A stretch of 63,878 bases of DNA, counting the filler, from Blastocystis sp. subtype 4 (Eukaryota), in NCBI RefSeq assembly GCF_000743755.1. It is 6 parts of 6 records of this genome, joined end to end, with 100 filler letters (N's around TTAATTAATTAA, not from the genome) between each part and the next. Parts side by side here need not be neighbours in the genome. Positions count along the whole stretch, not along the records: positions 1 to 10,752 come from NW_014569226.1; positions 10,853 to 21,595 come from NW_014569225.1; 4 more parts are not named here. The stretch is one strand, 5' to 3'. Below, one piece after another: positions 1 through 13,260 of the stretch. Position 1 is the first letter of the stretch; each line of letters begins with the position of its first letter. Below the pieces are notes generated by a model. The model was not told where the DNA came from. It worked only from the letters and a program-made list of their open reading frames with translations, and did not search any database. A program made the translations under genes and the position numbers.

Positions 1-81
1 TTTCCGACCCATTCGTGTATCTCAGGCAACCTATCTCTCGTTTCAAGCATCTTAAGAAAGTCATTCGCAACTCGATTCTCT

Positions 82-2258
82 ATGGAGTCTACTCAAAACA
101 TCGTTGATATTGATGGACTGCGTGCCTCTGTCGTGAAGCAGGGAGGGCTCGTGAGACAACTGAAGAAGGATGGTGCTTCACAGGAAGAAGTGACTGCTGG
201 TAGGGAATGACATCCAGATTGATGGGATTAGCTGTGAAAGTCCTTCAGGAACTCAAGAAGAAGCTGGAGGAGGAAGTGAAGAAACAGGAGCCGGAAGATG
301 ATTTTGATAAAGCCACCTTTGATGATGTCCTTCTTCGCAAGATGTTTGTCATCCCTTCCTTTGAGATCTATGGAGGAGTGGCTGGACTCTATGATTTTGG
401 TCCTATCACCTGTTCGTTGAAATCTAATTTCATCAATATGTGGAAACAACACTTCATTCTCGAGGAGGATATGCTGGAGGTGGAATGCACCAATTTGACT
501 CCTTACTGTGCTCTAAAGACATCAGGTCATGTAGATAAGTTCACCGATCTTATGGTGAAGGATAGCAAAACAGGAGAGTGTTATCGCGCTGATGTTTGTA
601 TTTGTATGTGGAATCATGGACTAGAAACTCCTAGAGGCTAAGATGGATCAATTACTGAAGGATGTCACGCTGACGAAGGAGCAACGTCTTGAGTTGGAAC
701 ATATTCGTCTTCAGGCCGATTCTTATTCGGCTGATGAATTGGATGAACTGTTTGCCAAGTATGATGTGACTGCCTTAGCAACAGGTAACCCTCTAACGCA
801 TCCCTTCCCGTTCAACCTGATGTTCTCAACTCAGATCGGTCCTGAAGGTACTCTGCAGGGATTCCTTCGTCCAGAGACAGCTCAAGGCATGTTTATGAAC
901 TATCGTCGTCTATTGGACTACAATGGTCGTAAGTTCCCCTTCGCTGCTGCTCAGGTGGGTACTGGATTCCGTAATGAAATCTCTCCTCGTGCTGGTCTGC
1001 TTCGTGTACGTGAATTCCCAATGGCGGAGATTGAACACTTTTGCAATCCCAAGGATAAGAAGCATCCCAAGTTCGCTAAGGTGGCTCATCTGGTATTGCC
1101 TCTGTTCTCGCGTGATCATCAGCAAGGTGATGGTAAGCTGTTGAATATCACATGTACTGTTGAAGTGATGATATGATGATTAGTGGAAGAGGCAGTGAAG
1201 CAGGGAATAATTGACAATGAAACATTGGCATACTTCATGGCTCGAACCTATCTCTTCCTTCTTCGTGTCGGTATTGCTCCTGAGAAGCTCCGATTCCGTC
1301 AACATCTTCTCACTGAGATGGCTCACTATGCTTCAGATTGTTGGGATGGTGAGGTGAAACTGTCTTATGGATGGACTGAATGTCTGGGTATTGCAGATCG
1401 AGCTTGCTTCGATCTTCGTGTAGGTGTGATGAGGAAGATCCATTGTAGAAACACTCCGAAGCTACCAAGGTGGAGATGACTGCTTCTGTGAAGCATGATG
1501 TCCCAATCAGCAAGGATATTCTAGCTGCTTCGTTCAATAACCGTGTGATTGGTGTGGCTTTCAAGAAGGAACAAGCCATTGTGAAGGAATATCTGAAGAA
1601 GTTAGGTGAGGAGGAGCCAGAGGAGTGTCAGAAGATGATTGATGCTATGACTGCCAACGGAAGTGTGGAAGTGGGTCCTCTGGAGAATGGAAGCACATAC
1701 ACCATCACTCCAGATATGGTCACTTACAAGCCTACAGTGATGAAGATTCATGAAGAGAAGTTCATTCCTTCAGTGGTGGAACCTTCCTTTGGTGTGGGTC
1801 GTATCATGTATGCTATTCTGGAACATTCATTCTATGTGCGTGAAGGAGAAGAGAAGCGTACTGTCATGGCATTCAAACCTGCAGTGGCTGCTGTGAAGGC
1901 TGCAATTATGCCTATGAACAATAGTGAGCAGTTCAATGGGATGGTGGAGGAGCTTGGAGAGAAATTGCGTTATTATGCTCTGGCATTCCGTACAGACGCT
2001 TCTTCAGCTTCTATTGGTCGTCGTTATGCCCGTGCTGATGAGATTGGTATCCCATTCGCTGTTACTGTGGATTTTGAGACATTGAATGAGAAAAGTGACT
2101 TGTATCGAACTGTGACTCTTCGAGAACGGGATTCGATGAAACAGATTCGTCTGCCTCTGGATGAAGTGGCATCTGTGTTGAATGAGGTTGTAAAGGAGAG
2201 AACCTGTTGGGATGCTTTGATGGCTAAGTATCCTCAGGTCACTGTTGCTGAGGACTGA
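82..2258 (+). CDS. GARS1: Glycyl-tRNA synthetase (eukaryotic type, N-terminal WHEP domain); 4 introns
   Basis: WHEP-like [16 protein letters not shown], plus [49 protein letters not shown] introns 200-231, 594-624, 1154-1183, 1420-1448 join the ORFs in frame. Confidence 0.96.
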
Positions 2259-2488
2259 GTCGTTTATATTATTACCGACATCTTGTTGCTTTCAATCAAA
2301 CATTTGTTGGAGTATTTGGGTTCTGATTAGCTGTGAAAACAAGAATGAATCCTCCACGATTCGATACAACCAATAGAAATTCATACTGTTGTCACAATTC
2401 TTATTGGGTTCTTATGCTGTTGATTGCATACATTTAGATTGGTTTAAGAGTAAACAGAACAAAAACCATACACTGAACAAACTTCACA

Positions 2489-2850
2489 TTAGTGCTTCCC
2501 TACCGTCTCGAGTCTGTCTTTCATATATGTTGATATAATTGACATGATTGAAAACCTACTGATAACTCAATTCATCCATTGTCAACCCAACAGATACAAA
2601 CGCATTAAATTTGTCAAAATGATAAAAGTTTACCCAGGTGAGAGAAGCAACTGCCGCAAATACACTCAACCAACCCATAATCTTGGACTATGCAAGTTAT
2701 CAACATAACGAGACAACATACACTAAAGAGAACGGAAACAAGTCCACAGATGAGAGAAATCACAGATAGTGAGTTGAGTCCTTCGTCATCCTGCGAAAGG
2801 GGCTTTCTCGGGTATTCTGAGTATGTAGCAGGTCGTTTTACGTCTTCCAT
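2489..2850 (-). CDS. PAT complex subunit Asterix (WDR83OS/PAT10)-like small membrane protein; 2 introns
   Basis: MEDVKRPATYSEY...LSVISLICGLVSVLF / KIMGWLSVFAAVASL / GFSIMSIISTYM matches the Asterix family layout (D-x-R/K-R-P start, three hydrophobic segments). Confidence 0.7.
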
Positions 2851-2936
2851 CTATGAATACAGGAATTTGCTTGTCTTTGTTGAAGAATATCGTGTACAAG
2901 AAAGAACAATGGATGGATCCTATTAACAAACAACAG

Positions 2937-3631
2937 ATCTGATTATAAAAAGATGCAATGGTAGCAACTCTAGGACGATCCAAGAAGCCATCAAAGTCGT
3001 GTTGGACTTCTAACCAAATAATCTTAGTGTCCATGTCATTTGAAAGGGAAATCATTGAATGGATTGATCGTTGTATTCCTGTAGTTGTCGAACGGGGTGA
3101 TGATGGAGGTATTCATGAATTAGACTCAGTATTTTATTGGTATCATCCTGATCATAGTTCAATAGAAATGATTTTAGTCTTCCGAGTAAGAAGTATGGGA
3201 TCATCATTACTAAGGGTCGACCAACAACTCCACACCTATCTTCTATCTCATCCTTCTTCACAAATTCAGTGAGCAGTTTGTTCAACCGACATACAGCTAC
3301 CATCAAACGGATATTTTATCGAAAAGTGTGCTTCTCTACATCTCCAATACACAGAGTGATTCCTTGGCAATATATAGAGATCTGTCATGATCCCTTTCAA
3401 CAGTTCTTTCTCAGTCTCTTCAATACCCACCTCCCGAGTATTGCCTATATCGGGTATGATGGATGGGTCAAAGTAAGAGATCATCCTGTTTTCTTTGTTG
3501 ACATATCCATTACTTTCCATTATATGCTCTCCTTTATATAATCGCTTGTTAAAATTCATAGTAATACCAGTAACCCGTTCCTTCAATATGTGATCCCTCC
3601 ATCCTCCGTATCCATTCGTGTAATAATTCAT
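2937..3631 (-). CDS. Hypothetical protein, exon structure unresolved
   Basis: Successive minus-strand ORFs (3266-3631, 3052-3306) and a minus-strand TGTTTGTT element near 2925-2932. No family recognised. Confidence 0.35.
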
Positions 3632-3888
3632 TCTTCAATCAAATATAGAAAGGGAGTCTGAGGGAAGCTATTCTCTATGCAAAACACGTTCCCACATAAT
3701 TATCATTTTCCCAATAGATGCGCCAAGAACCTAATCTCCTACAAATACCTGATATGCTGATTAAGTGGAGACGTGATCGAGTATCCATCTATCCTCAATA
3801 ATGCTTGTTTTTGCCTTTTTGTTGGAATTACGGTTCTTTTCTAATTCTGGCGTTCACATTATTGAAATCAAATTAGATTCTAATCTAT

Positions 3889-4417
3889 ATGGGTCGATCT
3901 AGAAATACTAGTCCAGGAGTGGGAGTGTGGCGTATAAGTCAAGTGATCCCTGTCTCATGGTTTGATTGGATAGGTTGCTTCTTTACTGTACATTATCGTT
4001 GCTATCATCTCTCTCTTTTTCACACCAACAAAATCAACATTTGGTGCTGCTTTCTTCTTCCTTCTTCTATGGAATGTGATTATCCTCATCTGCTTGTTCG
4101 TTTGGTATATCATTAACAATTCAAGTGTATTTTCATCTTTTTCATTTCACTGCGTAGTTTTCAGATTCCGACCTCTTCCATGGCATGTATGTGGGTGTTA
4201 CATTCATGGCTGCCTTAAATATCATTGCAGAGGCAGTCGTTCTGATAGCTGAGAGTATTGCTATCAAAAGCATCGAAGGAACTGGAACGACACGTACTCT
4301 GTATATTGTCCTAGCTGTTCTCTCTGCCATTCTGGCCGTTATGCAAGTAACATTTGTTTGGGATTCGTAACGTAGATAATCTATGTTAAGAAAGCTTTCT
4401 ATTCTAAACAAAAATAG
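3889..4417 (+). CDS. Small multi-pass (about 4 TM) membrane protein; 3 introns
   Basis: Spliced MGRSRNTSPGVGVWRISQ|VASLLYIIVAIISLFF...|FSDSDLFHGMYVG...|IIYVKKAFYSKQK* using ~30-nt GT-AG introns. Confidence 0.7.
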
Positions 4418-4485
4418 TCGATTGGTTCCACTATTTAACCTTGTTTTAACGCCTTGGTTAGGGTTGTTTCTTTCAACATACAATG

Positions 4486-7400
4486 CTATTCTCGTTCATG
4501 ATCACGACAGAGTTTTAGGAAAACGTCATCAAGAGAGCTTTGAGCTACACTCCATTTCAAAATCACTCCCTTGTCCTGAAGATTGGTGATCTTCTTCAGA
4601 ATCTCGCCCAAATCAACCATCTTCTTATCAACCTTATATGTAGACATTCCATATTTCTCTTCCACAAATTCCAAATAAGGAGATAATGAAGACTTAACAA
4701 ATGCATCTTTATCCGATATAGACTGATTGAATGCAAATGACAGTAAGAAGCCTCTAATCCTTACTTCTCGTTGTTTCTCCTACTTTCCATACTTATTCTT
4801 CAGATGAATCTGACTACCGAAACACTGCAATCCATCACTTGTAAGAATCGAAATACGTGAGCACAACACATCTGCCTCTTCCATCGAATGCGTTGTCAAG
4901 AGAATGGTCATTGACGTCTGCATCTTCTTCACAGTTGTCCAAATGTCACGACGGGATTCTGGATCTAATCCAGTCTAATCATCAATCATTCAATTCAATC
5001 AAACAGTGGGCTCGTCAAGGAACACAAGCTTGGGTTTACTCACCATCGCCATACCCAGAGTCAAACGACGCTTCTGGCCTCCACTCAAAACACTGGCTTT
5101 CATTCGATAGGAATCATGATCCAATCCAACCAATTCCCCCACATCTCTACAGAACAGATTCCGTTGAGATTTAGAAACTCCATGTAACTTCGCCATTAGA
5201 ATGAAGTGCTCTTCCACTGTCAAATCTCCGTAAAACACATCAAACTGAGGGACTACACCAATCAACTGGCGAATCACTCGTCTCTCATCACTCGAATGAC
5301 CGAAGATCTTAAATTCACCCAAGTTTGCTGACATTTTCCCAGAGAGAATATTGATTAGTGTCGTTTTTCCTGCGCCATTCGGACCCAATAGCCCAAAAAC
5401 ATCATGATATCGAACAGCGAACGAGATATCATTAAACACACGCTTGTATCCATCTGATTTGGGGAATACTTTTGTCAATCCACAAATCGCCAAGCAGTAA
5501 TCCTTACAATGCTCAGGTGTAATCAAATCAAAGTCTTTCACAACTTGATCACTCTCTTCAATCACATCGCTATCTCGTACATCCATTGTCTTGCTCTCCA
5601 ATAAATCATGAATCACATCAGATTGACCCAACTTCTTCTGATGCATCTTCTCCACTCGCTCACTCACATTATAGCGCAAATAAAAGAGAACTGTAGAGAG
5701 TACAGTATACAGAACTATCCCTCCTATCGAGAAGAATGAAGCCGAGCGAATTCGGTCCAGAATCACCGTTTGAGGATAGAAAAAACCAGTCAAAAAGAAG
5801 GCAAGACTAATGGTAAAAAAAAGGGACGAATTCTCACTAGTATCCTGGAAGAAGATTAGCCCACAGAGTACGTGTAAGAAGGCTATCTTCACTTACAAGG
5901 AAATAACCAAGAACATTCAATCCAATACACACAATAATGCCAAAAATCCTACCAATTATGGACAATGATAACAATGTACTTTTGATGAACAAGAATTCCT
6001 ATGAAAATAGAGAATACACTATTAGCAAGTCCAGCAATTAAGAAACAGATGAAGAAGTATCCTGCAACCGTCTTAGAAACAATGTTACACAGATAAATGA
6101 CAAGACCACAAATAATTCCAACTACAATCATCATCACTCCATAGAAAATGAAAAGAGACACAATATATGTTCCTGTTGTTACATTATTGAGGAAAAGAAT
6201 ATTGCGCCGCCCAAATTCGTCATCTGAAACAAATCGATAAATGATTATGGAAGAAAAAAGAAGAATATAAGCAGTAAGACCAAAAATAAGAAGGCTGGTC
6301 TCAATAGAATTTAATGGAATTGCAAAAATCTTATCAACATAACTAATCATTCCCGTGACTACTTATCATATCAATTCATCTAATTCTACGTAATACTATA
6401 GGTACACCATGAGAAGAAAGATAAGCATTATGAAGAGCAGATAACATTGCATGTCCATTTTCACGTACTGAATCCATATACAGAACCCGATAAGAACCTG
6501 AACTTTGATTATAAGACACTCTAAACCAAACAGTATTGGTCTGATACATGCTCAAAGTGAATTCCATTGTCATGTTATCACTCTTGGTCAGGTCTACTGC
6601 ATACTGAGGAAGAATATCCTGAAACATGGATATAGCTTCAGGATCATATTTAACTCCTTCGTAAGAATGAAGGAATTACATGAAATGAATGATGCATTGG
6701 ATATGAGAAAGTATGTGTCTTGAATGTACGATTTACCTTCATGTTGTTGTTTGCGTATCTCTGCAAGGAATTCGTTCTAATGATAAGATAAATGATGAAT
6801 AGATACCTGTTTCTGAATGATGTGTCCATCAATGTCATTGGTCTCAGTAAATTGATAGAATGATGGATAATAAACCATACTTGTGTAATTCACTCCAAAT
6901 GGGATTGTATAATTGTTTAGTGGGTAAGGTTGATCATGATTATTTACTACTAAACGGATGTGATATGGAGGAGGAACGTCTGAATACACTGAAGAAGGAA
7001 CCACAAATTGAAAACCGTGATATCTTTGAGTGAAATGATAATCATGACGGAAGTAATTCCATGTTGGAAGTGTATCATCTGTGAGACATACAAATGAATA
7101 AGAACTAGAAGTCAGAAGATGAGTTAACGATCACCCATCATCACATCGCTTGTATATTGATCGAGAAACCATCTGTAAGAGAATCACTAAACCAATCATA
7201 ACAACAGACAGGACTGCTAATAAGATGTTTCGCTTCTTCTCTTTGAAGAATACGATTGTCTGGAGCCAGATCAAAGAATTTATGATTGTGCTTGTACGCG
7301 TCAGTTCAATGTTGGTAGATTCATCAGAAGAGATTATAGCTTCTTGAGGATCTCTTAAAATGATTTAATCTCCCTTATCGTACAATTCCTTAGTTGGACT

Positions 7401-10400
7401 CATCGATGGAGTAGATTCTGGAGCTTCTTCTGTCTGTACAGTACTGACTTCGGTAATCTCTTCATCAGGTTTCGATGCTAACTGACTCAAAGGATGATCT
7501 GATTCATGATCCGAGTTGTTTGGAGTATTGCTAGGAGAAGCACAATGTTTGCAATAGTAACCATTCACAAGGAAGGCTTGACCATGTCGATTGTACAGAG
7601 TAACTATATCTTACCCCATCCCTTAATGATACCTTCCTCTGCTGGATTCTCTCCACAGATCTGGCACATAGGAACACTCTTCTTTGTAATCTCCTCCAAC
7701 TCCTTATCAACCTCCTCCACTTGACGATTCTGTTGGACTAAATTCATGAATACCTCTTCCAGAGAAGAAGGAGAAATCAGCCATTCTTTCACAGAATTCA
7801 ATTTGCCCAATTTCACCAGGAATTCTGGCAAAGCATGCATATCCCTCTTATCAATTCCTAATGAAAGCGAAACAGTAGCATTTGTGATTACAGTACTATC
7901 ATGAAGGTATTTATGAAGCAGATCTGTGACTTCATCACTGGTATAACCATCATTCAGAATCACATCAACTTTGTAACCCTTTCCAAATCGTTGCTTCAAT
8001 CCATATGGCGTTCCAACAGCACGTAATCGTCCTCCAAACATAATTCCAATTCGATCTGATAGTGCGTCTGCCTCCTCCATGGAATGAGTAGTCAGGAGAA
8101 CAGTCTTGGTCTTACGAAGCTCTTCCAGAACATCCCACACTTCAGTACGAGACACAGGATCCATTCCACTTGTTGGTTCATCCAGAATGATGATGTCAAC
8201 ACCCTTCATACAAGACAAAGCTACGGACAGTTTGCGTTTCATACCTCCTGAGAATGTATCGGCTTCAAATGATTCATATCTTGGATCACTTACTTTCTCG
8301 ATTCATATAAGCAGTCAAATGGAAGGTTTCCATCAGTCGTTTCATTTCACTATCAATATCACTTTGAGGATACCCTTCTTATCATCCAATCAATAAACGA
8401 ATACCTTTGAAAGAACCAATCACATTAAACATCTGTTTAGGTGAGAAATGAGGCCAGAAATAATCAAACTATGAATCATAAGACCCTTCTTCTCATTACT
8501 TGATTACAAATACCAGTTCGCTCCTGAATCTCATGACGAACTTGAGTGATCGAATCACCTTGTACGTATATGTCACCAAATGTAGGAGGGAATACCGCAG
8601 TCAACAGATTGATTGACGTTGTTTTGCCACTTCCATTCTAGTTTTCATTCTCTCATCTCATATCAACGGGACCCAGAAGGGTGAATAACTCGTTCTTATG
8701 AATCTCCATGCGAATCTCCTTTACTGCAGTACAACTTGGGAATACTTTTGTCACATACGAATAAATTATGCTAACCAATCAGAATTCATGTATGATCATA
8801 CCTCTGGTTATCAGCAGATTCCTTCTGATCCTTATCACGAGTATCTATTCCTCTTCATGTTATCACTTCAATCAATCCTAACTCAATCTTTACAGAGAAT
8901 TTCGGATTCCAGAACGAAGGAGAAAACAGGAAACAAAAAGACTTGTGACACATGCTTCGATACGAGAAATACCATGACAAGAATGTAAAGAACACAAAGA
9001 TACCGAGATAACACTTATAATTGAAGAGGAATCTATCACTGAATTCCAGTCTATATCACAACCCTTCAACTTCGATGTTCCATCCAGGGACTGATGACAT
9101 AAAATCACTCCAAGAACAGAATCCCTTATTGCCAATCCAATAGTAAATGAGACTTAGACAGCGCAAAGCAGCATAGGAAGGATTGAGAACATTGTAAATA
9201 AAACCTATGATTCCAGCATTCGACTCAATATCAAATCTATTCCTTGATAGCCAACTGGCATAAGGATCCATGTAAGCTATAAGGAGAATAGAGAAGCATC
9301 CTAGAACAATTGCCATACGAGAAGGTCGAATGACAATGGTGCTTAGAGTAAGAGATCAATGAAAATGATACAAGACAAAAACACCCATACAAGTAACACA
9401 GAGTAGATAACAGAAGAGCCACAAGGTAGGCATCTATGGATCAATCGTTCGTCTCATAGATACTCCAAAAGAAGAATTGGTGACTAAAGAAATATCACAG
9501 AGACGACCACTGACCTCATAAAGGATGGACGGAATCAGTGTAAATAAGCCATAAACAGTTAAATAACTAATAATATTCGCACTTTCCTAGACATCAGGTT
9601 GATGAACATGTCGAACCAACAGACCCATTGTTCGAAGATAATCAATCATATGGTTCTTCTTCTCGTTGATTAGTGATATCGAAACGTAGAAGAGATGGAG
9701 AATTCCCACAATCGGTACAAGATAACCGTGATACAGTGATGTCCTAAAATTGCTTGTAGCTATTGATTGGACATAGGGAAGATGAGACAAACGCACCTTC
9801 ATTGGTTGCGCATCTATTAATTACTTCTGATTCTCTAAGATACCTTTGATATAGAACTTGCTAATAGCATTTGCAACAGCAGTCTGGATCTCAGCTTCGT
9901 GAATATTGAACTTCTCCATATCGGTTGAACGTTTCTCATAACACTTGTCGTATGTCGAATTGGAATAAACTTCATACCCAATTATATTATTGGGAAAACG
10001 ATCGCTAAAAGCAACACCTCCAACCACATAGCGTCCCGTGAAGTTCATCGGCGGATAAATAGCTCTAGTGAATTCCTCATAAGATGCTACAAATAAATAG
10101 ATAAGAAAGAGTCCACAATAACCAATCACATCGTCGCCAAACACTAAGTCATTTTGTTCTGCAAGGATCTTCATAATAGAATCATAGGTCTCATCAGTTG
10201 GAGTATAGATCAGTGTCTGACAACCCTGGGACGAATTAGTGATTGTGATAGGGGCACAGAATCTATGTATTATCTATCCTAAATTATAGAACGGATCCAC
10301 ATTATGGCATCGATGAAGTCTACTAACATCAGCAGCCGGAGTTGCCGCTACAGTTGCATTTCTTCCAAATATTAATTGGGATAGATTGAAGAAGACTATG

Positions 10401-10542
10401 GTTATCACAAAGAAATGAGATTACCAGGAAACAGTGCCATGAAGATCAATGTCCATTTCGAATTACTAATGATATAGAAATTCTTTTTGCACAATGAATG
10501 GATCTGGCGACGCAATCGAGATAAATACGAAGTTCCCTTCAT
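4486..10542 (-). CDS. Full-size ABCA-family transporter, many short introns
   Basis: N-terminus [22 protein letters not shown], two TM regions, two NBDs ([20 protein letters not shown] and [23 protein letters not shown]), SLEEVF and SLDDVF motifs. Confidence 0.93.
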
Positions 10543-10752
10543 TATTATGTGAATAATCAGTGATCATGGTTATTATAAAATCCTGAAACGTATCATTTAT
10601 GAAGAGCAAGTACACCGTCTCTTCTGTGAGTATTAAGTCCTTCTTCTTAACAATGATTCCAATTCGTTAACACAAGATGAGTTCATTTCTATCTCCTTCA
10701 TCACCAAAAAGAGGTGATTATTCCTCAATCATTGAAATCCTTTCAAAGATAA

Positions 10753-10852
10753 NNNNNNNNNNNNNNNNNNNNNNNNNNNNNNNNNNNNNNNNNNNNTTAA
10801 TTAATTAANNNNNNNNNNNNNNNNNNNNNNNNNNNNNNNNNNNNNNNNNNNN
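10753..10852. other. Assembly spacer (N44-TTAATTAATTAA-N44)
   Basis: 100-nt N run with a central six-frame stop linker. Confidence 0.97.
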
Positions 10853-11211
10853 ACAATATTGAAGTCGTTGTAGAAGAGGTTTCTCCGAAAGAAAGCGATT
10901 TGTATGATATGTTCCATGTAGCTGAGAACGACAAGTGATGTGTTTGTTCCATAAGAATATAGGTTTTTGTATCCACCTCACTAAGTAGAAATACTAATAC
11001 TGTTTTGAGCAATTGGTGGGAAAAGAGGGGAGTTTCATTGTCGACAAGGTTTTCAAATTCATCCTTCAATAATACCTGGAGAAGAGAAGGATAATTATAT
11101 TAAGCATCAATCTCCAGATTAATTGTGCACAAAGAACCGGTTTTCAAGTTCACTTTCGAAGCTAATTGTCACCTACCTAAGTGGGACGGAAGCGGCGTAT
11201 CCGACATAATA

Positions 11212-12168
11212 ATGGATCGGGTATTTCGTTGATACATCCTTCTAACTGCATAGAAAGAAATCGGTTGCATGAAGTTGGTGGACCTCCAACGATTACTTCG
11301 AGTTATGAAACAGAAGGAACGAACAAGTATAGTTAATTTTCCTATTTGTAATGTGAAGATAAGCCAGTAAGGGAGGAGAGCCAGTCTTCACGAAAGCGGG
11401 AAAGTGTCTTGAAGTTTATGTTGGAAACAACCGAGAAATTCTCTTTACACTTTTCTACATGTTTTGTTGGTATTGAGTAGGATAGTTAATCAGATCTGAG
11501 GTATCAGATATTATGACCGAATTTCTGGAAAGTTTGTGAGTGATATCAAGGTACAAGGAAAGGTCGGTGTAATGTGTCTTCTTCTAGCTGGTCGGTTTTA
11601 CCGGTATTTATGATCCGTAGCAAAATACGAAGAAAAAGAAATAAACGTTCCTTCCTTTTCTTACTTCTTTGGAACATCAGGTTCCCTCTTTTCATCAGGA
11701 ACGGAGATGATGGAATATGAACGTTATGTGATCGAGGAGTATCGATAACGCTTTCTATTTACTCTAGATTACGATGGGACTTTGGATGTGTGTGTGTTTC
11801 TCATTATTTGAATATGTTTGCAGTAATTGGTGTTTTAGTTGAAGGAGATACCTACAATGGAAATCCTTGTTCCCATGATTTGATGCGATATGTCAATCAG
11901 TACTTGGATTTTTTCCTTCGTCTATCTCTCCTGGAACCTCACTTTTCTGATTTTTCGCCTTCTCAACAAGCAGTAGCAATTATCATTGCTTCACGTAGGG
12001 CTATTAATATTGTTCCAACTTGGAATATGGAATTGGAGAATAAGACTTGTACAAGTTTTGATGAAGCTGCTCCTTGTTATGAGGTTCTTTGGCAACTATT
12101 TAAAGAAAAGTATCCAGATACTCCCAAACAGCAAATCAAAGCATCACCCGTAAATGTGCATTGTGAGT
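11212..12168 (+). CDS. Cyclin; stop probably completed by polyadenylation at T12168 (genomic ORF runs to 12200)
   Basis: Cyclin box RESVLKFMLETTEKFSLHFSTCFVGIRYYDRFL, KYEE, LRWDLD, FSPSQQAVAII. TGTTTGTA lies 4 nt after an in-frame T. Confidence 0.85.
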
Positions 12169-12172
12169 CGTA

Positions 12173-12186
12173 TGTTTGTACAAACA
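12173..12186. terminator. Palindromic bidirectional GU-rich 3'-processing element TGTTTGTACAAACA
   Basis: Perfect 14-nt palindrome between the convergent cyclin and ELO genes. Confidence 0.75.
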
Positions 12187-12213
12187 CTTATCCAGAGTAA
12201 TACATCTAGTAGG

Positions 12214-13114
12214 TTATGCTTCCTTCGGTTTTGCTGGAGCTGTTCTACCCATCACCTTTCCACTCCATTCTTACAAGTAACGACTAATATAGAAACGAGA
12301 GAATAATACGATCATTGTGATCATATATCCGATCATCAAGTAGTTCATCCATGTTGGAATCTGACAATTTCCCCTGTATTGTAACGAACTCTCAATACCA
12401 TTACTTTATTAGATCTACAACATTGACGTAGGTAATAATAAGGAATTGGATAAGTTGCAACTTGGTCAAGTAGGATCGCCACCAACATTTCATCTTCAAA
12501 ACACTACACAAGTAGTGTGTATACATGAGCATATGAATAAATGAATTGGCAATAACCAAAATGCAATTGTCACCTCCAGGGTATGTCATGAGAAAGAGTC
12601 GAACAACAGCTGTTACACTGCTGTGGTGATAGACGTGAAGGAAAGTAACTTGACGGAACGATTTGCGTAAAACGAAGAGGAAAGTATCAATGTACTCCCA
12701 ATACTTCTGCACATAGTAAATGTAAATAAACTAGGATTGATCTCTATTTCATTCTCTACATGAGCAAGCCATTTGGAATCGTTTGTATCAAAATCAACTG
12801 TCTGGCAAGTGAATGCATTGCCTTTAGAATAGTAAAACCATACCATTCCGACAAAACAGTAAGTGGCAAGACACATACATGTGAAATTGTAGAAGATCAT
12901 GAACTTGCGAGGATTAAAAGCTTCTCGTTTCTTCATGATCTTTGTCAATACGAATATTGCCACAAAGTAAAATACATTTAGGAGGATCATAGATCGCATA
13001 TCCGTCAGCGGAAGGGATTGCAGATAGTCATCTATCCATAATACTAGAAAAGCTGTACCTACGAAGCTGAAAGTTTCGAATTACAGCAGTTGTATCAATT
13101 CCAAGAAAAGACAT
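12214..13114 (-). CDS. Fatty acid elongase (ELO/GNS1/SUR4 family)
   Basis: KYWEYIDTF, FLHVYHHS, NSFIHMLMYTHY, YLTKLQLIQF. Spliced start MSFLGIDTT, end KPKEA*. Confidence 0.95.
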
Positions 13115-13260
13115 GCTTCAAGAAAAAAAATGATTCCTAGACACAAATAGAGATAACGCATCTATAAAAGCAGCCGACGTAAGGAAGTATCTCTGTCGTA
13201 GCATCTTTTCTGTTTGACGTATTCGCAAGTCCCGCGGGAATTGGCTGTAACAAACAATAG

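Noticed and set aside
207..2258. Fragmented ORFs suggesting pseudogenes, frameshifting or an alternative genetic code
   Set aside because: The breaks I checked are explained by ~30-nt GT-AG introns under the standard code.
2925..2940. TGTTTGTT (minus strand) possibly creating a stop at 2937
   Set aside because: The reading frame of the last exon could not be established, so a poly(A)-made stop is not supportable.
10797..10808. TTAATTAATTAA repeated five times within N runs
   Set aside because: Artificial six-frame-stop contig linker. It is not a biological repeat, and gene adjacency across it is not evidence of linkage.
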